A DNA stretch of 62,869 nucleotides from contig JBHLLP010000018.1 in assembly GCA_048885525.1 (NCBI GenBank), positions 1 to 62,869 on the forward strand, in the 5' to 3' direction. Below, one piece after another: positions 29,107-39,201 of the stretch; position 1 is the first letter of the stretch; each line of letters opens with the position of its first letter. Position numbers and translations under genes: made by a program. Below the pieces are notes generated by a model that saw only the letters and a list, made by a program, of their open reading frames with translations, had not been told where the DNA came from and searched no databases. Source of the stretch: Candidatus Hermodarchaeota archaeon (GTDB taxonomy: Archaea > Asgardarchaeota > Lokiarchaeia > Sigyniarchaeales > SOKP01).

Positions 29107-32100
29107 ATGGCATCAAAAAATAGTGATAATTCACAGGAACGGATTAAAAAAGCCACAGAAGCACTTCAGAAATTCTGGTGGTTTTCATTTTTTTTAGTTA
29201 TTGCTCCTTTAGTAGTAGCCATAGGTACTTTCTTAATTCTTAATTTCGCTAGAGCTGGCTTCTTAATTGCTTTATCTTTATCCGTTGTAAGCTTTATGTT
29301 CGCTTTACTTTTTTTTTATAAAGCTTTTGACAAATACAGAAATAAACCATTTTTTCTTAATAAAAGGAATAATCTATCAGCAAGAATTCATGTACTTTTT
29401 CTAATTTCTATCTTATCGTTTGTATCAACCCCTATTTTTATAATTATTTCTGGATTTGGTTCATTTTATCACCTTCCAGTAATAAGTTATTCAGTGCTTT
29501 ATAGTATTGTATATTATTATTACTATTTCCAACCTATAGATTTTTTTGACTTATCTAAGGAGGAATTCAAACACGCAGACAGTTTTAACTTAATAGCCAA
29601 GCAGCCATATAATTTTTTCGTTGGTATTAATCACTTTATTCATATAATTTTTTTATCATTTACTGCGTATACTAATTTATCCTGGCTTTTTGCTCTGACA
29701 ACAAATTTAATCTTTTACTTCATCACTTTAACAAGAACAAAGAGGCATGTTAAAGAAATCAATGAATCTATAGAAAAAAAAACGCCTATTCTAAAAGATT
29801 TAACAGTCTTTAAAAAAAAATTTGTAGTTTCGATAGTTGGCCTTATTTTTTTCTTATTGATTCAAATGCCATTTATTATAATTATAATTTTTAGCTTATC
29901 AGGAGTTCAGTATTCAAGCTTAGATCTCATAAATAATTCTTTTTTGACAATAATATTTATTCTATTTTATTTTAAATCTAGTTTTTATATAAACTATTAC
30001 TATGGCTCAAAAGTTGATCTTTATGATAAGCCAGAAAAATTAGAAGAATTTGATGGAAGTGCTCCTCCACTAAGTGCTAAATATCAAAGATACAATTCTT
30101 ATATGTCTATAATTTTAATACTATTAATTACATTATTCTCATTTCTGATTCAAATTCCCTGGTTAATGGTAATCATACTTCCATTCATTTATTTACTTCT
30201 GCATTACGAGCAGAAGTATAATCTATGTTCAAAAAAGTACAACAAATCCGTAGTTTTATTAAATTCTATTGCCCTTTTGATTTATATCTCTTTTGGGATA
30301 ATTCTCCCAACAATAAGAACCGTATTATTACACTTTCTTGTATTTTGCATTTCATTTTATATTGTTTTACAAGCGTTTGTTAAATTTGAGTATTTTAGTA
30401 AAGAAAATGTTTTAATAGTCCAAAATCTTCTCGCAGTTGCTAGTTTTACTTTATTAGTGTATTCTTTTTTTCCGATAATTATTGTTGAATATATTTCTTA
30501 CACATTAGATCCAGTTGTTTCAAATATTCTCCTACATACATTAATTATTTCAGTGGTCTTTTTAATCTCTCAATATATTATGGGAGTAAGATATTTCTAC
30601 AGTAAATCCCCAAAATTATTCAGAATCATTGTTTTAATAAATAGTATTTTAGTTGAGTTATTTGTTTTTACCTTAATTTTATTTAGAAATTATTTCTTGA
30701 TCGAACTAATACCTTTTCTACAAGGAATTTTAATATCTTCTGTGTTATTTCCTATTTTTTTCATCCTTTTTCTTTATTTAAATTATAGTTTACATGTATT
30801 CCCCTTAAAATACTTTTTAAAATTATGCTATTTTACTCTCTGGATATTTATGGTTAACTTTTTTGCATTGTTATTGATATTATCTCTAACTACTAACTAT
30901 TATATTTTAATCCCTATAGATTGTATCATCACATCTATTCTTTATTACTTTATATCTAAGTTTGGATTCCAACAGGAAAGAATAGATGAATCCAAATTTA
31001 AAAAGCGGGTCAAAATAAATTCTTATTTATTAACTATTGAACTTTTTTCTCTATTTAATTTGCTGTTTTTCAGTGCTTTTCAAGCACTTTCATTGGTTGA
31101 GAATATAATTTATTCAACATATCTATCACTGGCACTAGTTTGTGGGTTGATTAACCTATTTTCAAAAAGAGAGATATTCTCTGAAGATCTTTATATCAAA
31201 ATTAATACATTTATTCTGTTATATACCTCTATTATAGCATTTTACTATTTTCTGTTGCTAACAATTGATATTCTTTTTGTTTTTATAATACCTTTGATGG
31301 TTTCTAGCATAATTTTTTACATACCAATTTTATACTTAAGGAAGAAAAAGCTCTATCCTAAATTCATTAGTAAAACAATAAATATTAATGCTATAGTATT
31401 GTCGACCACAATATCATTAATTCCAACTATAACAGGGTTGCAATTATACTTTTTGGGCATATATTTTGACTTAATTTTCTTAGTTTTGACAGTGATTAAT
31501 TCTACACTATATATTTTATTAGTAATATTCACAATCGTATACGCTGTATTAAAACAACCCAATAGTGTCCAAAAACGTGAAAAAAGAATTCAGAAATTAC
31601 AAATACTCATATTATTTTGTATAAGCGGTACAACAATGTTTTATTATCCTTACTTCTTATTAATCAAATTCACATATTATTCCATTGTCTTACCTTTAAG
31701 TTTTACTTCCTTATTCCTATATATTCCTCTATTTATCTCATATAAACATAAAATTTTCAATGTTGAACATATAAAAAGAGCAATTATATTCAATACCATA
31801 ATTCTAACAGGATTGATTACTTCGATCCCCCTACTAATAGGCCTGAATTTGCTTTGGTTAGGTCTAGTTGTTGATTTTAACATATTTGTCTTGAATATTT
31901 TAAATTCTTCCATATATATCTTCTACATATTCTTGTTAATTCTCATTAATTTATCCAAAAAGGTTAGTATCAAGGATAAATTCGTCTTATTTTTAAATCG
32001 TTTAAAAATTGTCATCTTATTTGGTGTTTCTATCACAACTGTCTTTTTTTATCCCTTTTTCCTACTAATCAACTCCCTATATTATATTATCTTACCTTCA

Positions 32101-35100
32101 ATTTTTACTTCCTGCTTCGTTTATATTCTTTTGTATTATTCCTATAGAAAGGTAATTTTCAATGTGGAACATTTAAAAACTGCAATTGTTTTAAACACAA
32201 TGATACTGACAGGATTTTTTACTTCGATTCCAATACTTATAGGATTGAATATATTTTGGTTAGGTCTTGTTGTTGATTTCAATATTTTTATATTGAATAT
32301 TGTAAATTCCTCCATTTATATCTTCTATGTATTCTTATTAATTCTAATAAATATTTCGAGAAAGCTCAATATAAAGGAAAAATATTTACTAGATTTAAAT
32401 AGACTTAAAATTATTTTATTATTTTGTATTTCTTTTACGACTATTTTCTGTTATCCTTTTTTCTTATTAATCAATACATTTCATGGAATATTCATTTCAA
32501 TAATATTGCTCCTATTTTCTTGGTTCTTCCTATTTTATTATTCTTATAAACAAGAATATTTCAATTTGCAATTTGTAAAGAAGATAACAATCTATAATTT
32601 TATTACCTTCTCTTGTTTGATTATCTCTTTACCGACTATTATAGGTTTAGAATTGACGAGAATAGAATTAAGCGTCAGTATTGAACTTATAATAACTATA
32701 ACCTTATTGTTACTTTTTAGTTTTCTCAAAATTTCTGAAGAAGTAAGTGTTAAGATCAAATTGAAAGAGAAATACATTAAACAATTTAAATTAGCAGGAT
32801 TATTTTCTTGGTTTTTATTTACACTTTTTATCTCATATTATATAGCATCAACATTTATTGTGGAACTTGTTTTTACTCCATTAACCTCTCTAATCTTAGC
32901 TTGTTCTTTCTTTAACTTCTTTATATTAAGTATATATACAGTGAGTCTTATATCCAAAAATTTCCCAGAATATTCAAATGTTAAATATTTTCAAGATTTA
33001 ATCATCTATGGAATAATTGTTTCAATTTCAAGTATTTTTACCTTTTTAGGGCTCTCGAGCGGGCTTTTTTCTTTTCTTATCTGGTGGCCCCCACTGTTAA
33101 ACATGTCTTTCTTAATTGGTTTCTTTCTGGCTGTTTTTCTTATATTTCTAAACGTATTAGATAAGCAATTTCAATTATCACAAACCAAAACTATTTCCAA
33201 GCTTGCTTCATGGTTAACTATAAAGATAATCATTTGTCTTTCAATTATATCACTTGCTGAGTTTTTAGGATTTCTATATTCTATCTTTAATAATATATTT
33301 TTATTTTCCTTAGCGTTCACCTTTTTAACTCCTATAAGTCTTTATATCTTAGAAAATTTGAGGTTCATTTCGTCCGAAAAACAAATACTACTGAAAAAGA
33401 TCACTTTAACAGTATTTATCTTATCTATTTTAATTTTGCACGTAGAATATCTTTATAATTTGATAAATTTAATCCCTATCTTTTACTTTAATCTTTTTGT
33501 AGAGATTACTGCTTTTGCGGTCAATTTATTATTATTTTTTTATTATTATAGTTTAAGATTTAACAAGAAAATAGAAGCAAAATCTGTTTTTGAATTATAC
33601 AAGGTCTATTTCACTTCTTTTTTCTTGTTTTTGAGTTTGTTATACTTTGGTTCAGTTCTTTCAATATTTCTTATTCTAATCACTTATTCATTAATCCTCT
33701 CTCGGAGGAGTATTTTACCTGGTTTTCGGTTTCTTTCATACTTCTTACTTAGTTATTATACGTTCCTAGAAATTATGGTTATTCTCAGTAGTTACAATAT
33801 CATAGTAGTATTAGATATTGCATTAGCAGGATTATATGTAATAATATATCTTCTGTCAATTAATGGGATCCTAATTTTCTCTATATTGCTACATATAAAG
33901 AAAAATAATAATCTTGAAAAGTTTACTTTATATTCTCTTATTTCTCTTTTGTCTTTTGTTTCATTAATGATCTACACTAATATCTGGCTTCTATATAACG
34001 TAACCATATCGCTTTTTCTATTATTCTTATTTATTGGAATTTTCTTCTATCGTCAAAAAGATGAGCGATATAAATGGTTTATCAAACCTTGTGTTCTTTT
34101 ATTTGTTTTTGATCTTATTAGCTTTTTATCATACTCTTGGTTGTTTAATAATTTAAACTTCGCAATTTACAGTCCAATTTTAACTTTAACATTAACAATA
34201 ACCATTACTGGATTGGTATTTATCCTGTTATATAATTCTTCACCAGCAAGATTTAGAAAAAGATCTTTTTATATTGTATTGTCATCAGTAATAGTCTCAT
34301 TTCCTACTTTCTTGTATTTTATTATCATTGCCTCTTTAGGAATGCCAATATTTTCTTTAGTTCCTTTAATTTTTGCGATCGATATTGGAGTTCTATTATT
34401 TTATGTATCTATAGGAATTTATCAATGGAAGATATCTTGGGCAATCTGGAAATCTGGGTGGTATGCTTGGAATATATTACCATTTGTTAACTTTTTTATA
34501 ATTTATCAAAGCCTTACTGGAATTGATGTATATACAAATTCTTTGAGATTTGGGGCATTCAGTGCAAGCGGATCGTTTATTTTATCAATTATTATTTGCT
34601 CATTATTTTTCTTTCCTGTAGTGTACACTAAAATCAAGAAACATTTTTCTAGAATAGTTTTTATAATTTGGGGTGAAAGCTTATTCTTGCTCTATTGGGC
34701 TAGCTTCAATTTATTTAAAACAGATTCTCCCTTAGATCTTTTGTTAAGAAATATTTCTTTTATTTTGTTTTCAGTTGTCTTATTAATACCATTGTTAATG
34801 GCATTTAAATATTGGAAAATAGTTTCAATTCTTTGGATATTTCCTCTAACAATTATTAATGCTACATTTCTATTTTTCTATTTATTCTCAATTGATATCT
34901 TATTGGAAATGACTGTCGCAATTGACATTTTAGTAATAGGGTTATTTCTAATAGTTTATTCGTTTTTCCCAACTATTAGATCAATTGGTGTTATTTTAAT
35001 AACTGCATATTTCATTACTCTACTCGGCATTTTCTTAACAGTCTACTTCATTTTGTATCTGATCTTATTGAATCCTATTTTCTCATTAAACATCAGCTTT

Positions 35101-38100
35101 CTCGTAGTAGGATTCAGTCTTTTTTCCTCTAAATATGTTGAAGTTCCAAAAAGACTAATAGATTTGTGTCTTTCATGGATTCTAATTATCAATTTATCAT
35201 GGTTGACCTTTAATACATTCAATCTACTTCCGGGGTTATTAATATTTGCTATCTCATTAGCTATAACTGTATTCGGATGTTCCTTTTTTATAATTAATCG
35301 CTATAAAATGAAAATTTCTATAAATAGGATATTTCCGTTCTTAACAGTGGCATTTGGAACATCATCTTCAATCACATCCTTAAGTTATATTATATTTAAT
35401 ACAACACCTGGAATTTTAATTTCTATATTTTCTTCAGTGTTCATCATCTTTTTATATTTTACTTTCGTTGAATATCGCTATGTTCTGTGGTTTATTATTC
35501 CAATTCCTATAACAACTCCTATTTTAGAAGGAATGTTAGAATTTGAGGTAATAAAACCTTTCTGGCTTTTGACATGGGCAATACTTTACCTTCTCTCTTT
35601 TCAAATTATATTTAATTTATTTAAAAATGCTGTAAAGAAAGAATCTCAAGAAATAAAAAGAAGAAAAAAAAATAGTTTATTTAAGCTTTATCAGGATATG
35701 AATCAAGTGAGATGGCTTAATCTTACTTGCTTCTTTTTAAATTCGATATTTTTCTCTTTATTCATCGCCATAATTATTCCACAATTATTACCATATTTAG
35801 TGTTCTCTCATATTTTGTTTGTTTACCAAATTTCTGATTTTCTAATTATCTGGCCAATCTTATTTTTGATTTGTTTGAAATATGTCGAAAAATCAAAATT
35901 GAATTTGAAAGTAAAAGATTTCAAGCGTTTTTTCAGCAAAATTAGTTCAATTTTATATCTTGTAATACCTATTGGGGTGGGTATTAATCTTATGCTTTAT
36001 ATGGTTCTCACTAATACGAATCCCATCATTTCAATTTATATTCTATTGCTAGGTGTTAGTGGTTTAGTTTTCATAGAAACATCCTTTATAGACAGGACAA
36101 TATTACATTTCTTATCAGATATCACTCAGAACTTATTTATTTTATGGTCTTGGATAGCATTGAGTAATAGTTTTTCACTTTTCCTTTTCTTATTTCATTC
36201 AGACTTATTTTTGTTAGTTTTAATGATATCCCTTCTGGGACTCATTTCTGTTCAATTCTTATCTTATTTTGATGTTCCTAAAAAAATAATTTCTAAAAGT
36301 CGTTTAACATTGATTTATAATGCTTTTATTTGGAGTTCATTATACGTAGCATCTATAATCTCCGATGGTTTGATACTAATCTTTGAAGAATTAGCAGGTA
36401 TTCCTCAATATTTATTGTTATATCAAAATTCCTCAATTATTTTATATATTTTGAGCGTAATTTTTGTTAGAATTGAGAGAAATTTAAAAAATAGAATAGA
36501 ATTTATTCTTTTCATTGTATTTCAAGGATTACTTCTTATAAATTTATTCTATATATTCATTATATATGGTATTTTAAACTTTTTCTCAATTAATTTAGTT
36601 ATTTTTATAGAGGTATGTCTTTCATTCATTTCTATTTATTATTTCAATACAATAATAGCAGAGCGAAAATATCCAAATTTTAAACCAAAAATGCATGAAC
36701 TTCTAATTTTGATATTATATTGTGAAATAAGTATTATGAGTTATGCTTTATTATATGCAGTTATAGGAATTTATCAAAACCTGATTACAGCTCTTTCTAT
36801 ATTATTCATTCTTACAATAATTGAAATTTACTCAATTAAAAAGATCAAAACTGGTTATGCACGATTAATTCACACTATCAGTTTCCTAGCAATTTCGGTA
36901 ATAGTATTTTTACTTTTATATAGCTATATCTCTCAATATCCATTCTTTCTTGGTTTAGGTATTTTTATTTTTATGATAATGCAGTTCTATACTAATTATT
37001 CTCTATTTAAATCATTAGAGGAGATATTCCCGAAAACTCAAGCTACTTTTAAAAAAGATCAAGTTATAATTCAACAATTAATCGGAACAGCTTTTTACGG
37101 GACTATATGCATATTCTTAGCACAGATTTTAAGTTTGTATAGAGTAGAATTACAATTAATCCTTTTAATTTTAAGTCTTATAATCCATGGATTAATGTTT
37201 GTAGATAAATTTTTATTTAAATTTTTAGGGAAAATTGCGAATTATGTTCAAGTAATATCGTGGCTCTCTATTATGACATTTACATCAACCTTTCTCATTT
37301 GGTTATATAGTTTCTATTTCATTGCTTTCTTCTACGTAGTTATTCCCATCATAGTAATTATCCTACTCCTTGAGTTTGCTTATCTAATCAAATTATTAGC
37401 TTTTTGGAGATTCACTGCTACCAATAAAGAAAAGATTAAATTTATATTGGTACTAATATCGTATCTTAATTTTATAACTTGGCCGTTATATTTTGCTTCC
37501 TTTACGTTATATTTTGCTTCCTTTAAATTATTATACATACTTAATTTAACACTTGTATCTTTTATCATCATGTTTTTGATAACTTTAATTGATAAAGTTA
37601 TAAAGGAGGAACTCAGAAAATCCTTAAGATCATTCTCAATTCTAATGATAGGGGGTTTATTATCTATTGATAGTTTCTTATTGCTGAATTCTGTTCCTAA
37701 TTTCGATATTTTTTTGAATTTAACAATTTCTTCTTTAATTATACATGTATTAATGCTACTAGATAGCTATGTGTTGAAATTTATTGGTAAAACCACTAAT
37801 TCTATTAAAATTTTATCGTGGATCTTAATTATGATTTTCACATCGTGGTTTTTTAGTGTTTTTTGTCTAAGCATCTCTTATGCATTAATCCCATTCATTA
37901 TGATTATGCTTATCATAGAATTTACCTATCTCTTCAAATTATTGGCATCTTGGAAATTTGTCGCTTCTAATAAAAAGAAAATAAAACATTATTTAGTAAT
38001 ATCAACATATCTTAATTTTATTACTTGGCCGTTATATTTTGCTTCTTTGGATCCTTTTCATGTTCTCAATTTAGTGTTAGCGTCTTTCTCCATTATGTTC

Positions 38101-39018
38101 TTCTTGAGTTTAATTGATACAGTCATTAATGAAAAACTCCGAAAATCCTTGAGATCTTACTCATTTCTCATAATTGGAGGGTTATTATCAATTGATTTAT
38201 TTCTAACGTTTTATTTTATTTTGAATCTTATATTTTTAGGTTTAAGCATATCTGCGTTAGTTTTTGTGATTTTCCTTGGAATTGTAATAAAACCATTTAA
38301 AGGACACTCAGCTAGAGCTTTAATATTTTGGATTGTAATATTTCTGTTGTTAAGTTCAATAATATATCATATATCATTATCTTTTGTTGCTGCTGGAATA
38401 TTTTTTGCTTTTACCGTTTTAATTTATCCTTTTGTTTTCCTTTTGGAAGAACTTAGAGAACTAGTTAATAAAATTATTGGAGCTTTTACAAGATTTTTGA
38501 ACCATCTCAAAATATTAATTAAGAATATATTTATTAGATTATTGGTTTTTCTCAAAAAGCATTTCAAATTCATTTGGATCATTATTTGTGCAATTATTGC
38601 TTCATTTAGTGGTATTCTTTTTTCTGATCTGATTTTGGGTCTATTAAACCCCTACCACTCCATTCTTCTAGTATTCCCGGTTTTTGGGATATTATTTTCT
38701 CTTAAACCTTCTGAGAAAACTGAAGATGTTGACATAATGTTTAGACGGAGAATGCTTCGTTTAGTTACTAGCTGGGGTAGCATTATAATAATTTTGTTTT
38801 CCTTTATGTTTGTTCTAAATGTAGAGGCTTATTGGTATGCTTTAGCCACTTGGATTTCGATATGGATTTTGGGAGCAATATTGTTGCCTTATATCATTTT
38901 TAAAGAAAAAAGGGAAAATATTTCGATTAAATGGAGATTTTATACTTTAATAATATTAATTAGCATGCTAATTTTATTTGGAATTATTGTTGGTATTCAG
39001 ATTTATATGAATATCTAA
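29107..39018 (+). CDS. Giant polytopic membrane protein (3303 aa, about 100 TM segments), function unknown
   Basis: Uninterrupted 9.9-kb ORF of hydrophobic hairpins separated by Lys/Arg-rich loops; internal repeats. Confidence 0.88.
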   Translation: MASKNSDNSQERIKKATEALQKFWWFSFFLVIAPLVVAIGTFLILNFARAGFLIALSLSVVSFMFALLFFYKAFDKYRNKPFFLNKRNNLSARIHVLFLISILSFVSTPIFIIISGFGSFYHLPVISYSVLYSIVYYYYYFQPIDFFDLSKEEFKHADSFNLIAKQPYNFFVGINHFIHIIFLSFTAYTNLSWLFALTTNLIFYFITLTRTKRHVKEINESIEKKTPILKDLTVFKKKFVVSIVGLIFFLLIQMPFIIIIIFSLSGVQYSSLDLINNSFLTIIFILFYFKSSFYINYYYGSKVDLYDKPEKLEEFDGSAPPLSAKYQRYNSYMSIILILLITLFSFLIQIPWLMVIILPFIYLLLHYEQKYNLCSKKYNKSVVLLNSIALLIYISFGIILPTIRTVLLHFLVFCISFYIVLQAFVKFEYFSKENVLIVQNLLAVASFTLLVYSFFPIIIVEYISYTLDPVVSNILLHTLIISVVFLISQYIMGVRYFYSKSPKLFRIIVLINSILVELFVFTLILFRNYFLIELIPFLQGILISSVLFPIFFILFLYLNYSLHVFPLKYFLKLCYFTLWIFMVNFFALLLILSLTTNYYILIPIDCIITSILYYFISKFGFQQERIDESKFKKRVKINSYLLTIELFSLFNLLFFSAFQALSLVENIIYSTYLSLALVCGLINLFSKREIFSEDLYIKINTFILLYTSIIAFYYFLLLTIDILFVFIIPLMVSSIIFYIPILYLRKKKLYPKFISKTININAIVLSTTISLIPTITGLQLYFLGIYFDLIFLVLTVINSTLYILLVIFTIVYAVLKQPNSVQKREKRIQKLQILILFCISGTTMFYYPYFLLIKFTYYSIVLPLSFTSLFLYIPLFISYKHKIFNVEHIKRAIIFNTIILTGLITSIPLLIGLNLLWLGLVVDFNIFVLNILNSSIYIFYIFLLILINLSKKVSIKDKFVLFLNRLKIVILFGVSITTVFFYPFFLLINSLYYIILPSIFTSCFVYILLYYSYRKVIFNVEHLKTAIVLNTMILTGFFTSIPILIGLNIFWLGLVVDFNIFILNIVNSSIYIFYVFLLILINISRKLNIKEKYLLDLNRLKIILLFCISFTTIFCYPFFLLINTFHGIFISIILLLFSWFFLFYYSYKQEYFNLQFVKKITIYNFITFSCLIISLPTIIGLELTRIELSVSIELIITITLLLLFSFLKISEEVSVKIKLKEKYIKQFKLAGLFSWFLFTLFISYYIASTFIVELVFTPLTSLILACSFFNFFILSIYTVSLISKNFPEYSNVKYFQDLIIYGIIVSISSIFTFLGLSSGLFSFLIWWPPLLNMSFLIGFFLAVFLIFLNVLDKQFQLSQTKTISKLASWLTIKIIICLSIISLAEFLGFLYSIFNNIFLFSLAFTFLTPISLYILENLRFISSEKQILLKKITLTVFILSILILHVEYLYNLINLIPIFYFNLFVEITAFAVNLLLFFYYYSLRFNKKIEAKSVFELYKVYFTSFFLFLSLLYFGSVLSIFLILITYSLILSRRSILPGFRFLSYFLLSYYTFLEIMVILSSYNIIVVLDIALAGLYVIIYLLSINGILIFSILLHIKKNNNLEKFTLYSLISLLSFVSLMIYTNIWLLYNVTISLFLLFLFIGIFFYRQKDERYKWFIKPCVLLFVFDLISFLSYSWLFNNLNFAIYSPILTLTLTITITGLVFILLYNSSPARFRKRSFYIVLSSVIVSFPTFLYFIIIASLGMPIFSLVPLIFAIDIGVLLFYVSIGIYQWKISWAIWKSGWYAWNILPFVNFFIIYQSLTGIDVYTNSLRFGAFSASGSFILSIIICSLFFFPVVYTKIKKHFSRIVFIIWGESLFLLYWASFNLFKTDSPLDLLLRNISFILFSVVLLIPLLMAFKYWKIVSILWIFPLTIINATFLFFYLFSIDILLEMTVAIDILVIGLFLIVYSFFPTIRSIGVILITAYFITLLGIFLTVYFILYLILLNPIFSLNISFLVVGFSLFSSKYVEVPKRLIDLCLSWILIINLSWLTFNTFNLLPGLLIFAISLAITVFGCSFFIINRYKMKISINRIFPFLTVAFGTSSSITSLSYIIFNTTPGILISIFSSVFIIFLYFTFVEYRYVLWFIIPIPITTPILEGMLEFEVIKPFWLLTWAILYLLSFQIIFNLFKNAVKKESQEIKRRKKNSLFKLYQDMNQVRWLNLTCFFLNSIFFSLFIAIIIPQLLPYLVFSHILFVYQISDFLIIWPILFLICLKYVEKSKLNLKVKDFKRFFSKISSILYLVIPIGVGINLMLYMVLTNTNPIISIYILLLGVSGLVFIETSFIDRTILHFLSDITQNLFILWSWIALSNSFSLFLFLFHSDLFLLVLMISLLGLISVQFLSYFDVPKKIISKSRLTLIYNAFIWSSLYVASIISDGLILIFEELAGIPQYLLLYQNSSIILYILSVIFVRIERNLKNRIEFILFIVFQGLLLINLFYIFIIYGILNFFSINLVIFIEVCLSFISIYYFNTIIAERKYPNFKPKMHELLILILYCEISIMSYALLYAVIGIYQNLITALSILFILTIIEIYSIKKIKTGYARLIHTISFLAISVIVFLLLYSYISQYPFFLGLGIFIFMIMQFYTNYSLFKSLEEIFPKTQATFKKDQVIIQQLIGTAFYGTICIFLAQILSLYRVELQLILLILSLIIHGLMFVDKFLFKFLGKIANYVQVISWLSIMTFTSTFLIWLYSFYFIAFFYVVIPIIVIILLLEFAYLIKLLAFWRFTATNKEKIKFILVLISYLNFITWPLYFASFTLYFASFKLLYILNLTLVSFIIMFLITLIDKVIKEELRKSLRSFSILMIGGLLSIDSFLLLNSVPNFDIFLNLTISSLIIHVLMLLDSYVLKFIGKTTNSIKILSWILIMIFTSWFFSVFCLSISYALIPFIMIMLIIEFTYLFKLLASWKFVASNKKKIKHYLVISTYLNFITWPLYFASLDPFHVLNLVLASFSIMFFLSLIDTVINEKLRKSLRSYSFLIIGGLLSIDLFLTFYFILNLIFLGLSISALVFVIFLGIVIKPFKGHSARALIFWIVIFLLLSSIIYHISLSFVAAGIFFAFTVLIYPFVFLLEELRELVNKIIGAFTRFLNHLKILIKNIFIRLLVFLKKHFKFIWIIICAIIASFSGILFSDLILGLLNPYHSILLVFPVFGILFSLKPSEKTEDVDIMFRRRMLRLVTSWGSIIIILFSFMFVLNVEAYWYALATWISIWILGAILLPYIIFKEKRENISIKWRFYTLIILISMLILFGIIVGIQIYMNI
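31270..32700 (+). repeat. Intragenic tandem repeat, 402-nt (134-aa, 4-TM) period, about 3.5 copies
   Basis: IFNVEH codons at 31753 and 32155; WLGLVVDFNIF...NSSIYIFY and YPFFLLI recur. Confidence 0.85.
37174..38200 (+). repeat. Intragenic duplication of an about 182-186-aa (6-TM) unit
   Basis: YLNFITWPLYFAS at 37462 and 38008; LRKSLRS and IGGLLSID each occur twice. Confidence 0.85.
37484..37525 (+). repeat. Perfect in-frame 21-nt tandem duplication CGTTATATTTTGCTTCCTTTA x2
   Basis: Read directly from the sequence; gives LYFASFT-LYFASFK. Confidence 0.9.
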
Positions 39019-39201
39019 TTTAAAGTTAAAGATTTCTAGTCTAGATAATGTTTTTTAACATTTTTTACTAATTTTGACATATTTATGCTAATGTTTCATA
39101 TAAAAAGTTGAAAACTTTAAATATATGTTAAAATGAACTATTATTTGAAAATCTAAAAATAAACATACATAACAAATTAAAAAAAAAATTTAAAAATTGA
39201 A

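Noticed and set aside
29107-39018. Calling the giant protein a Piezo homolog or a known transporter
   Set aside because: No Piezo pore-module motif or transporter signature was recognisable; only the repeat logic is analogous.
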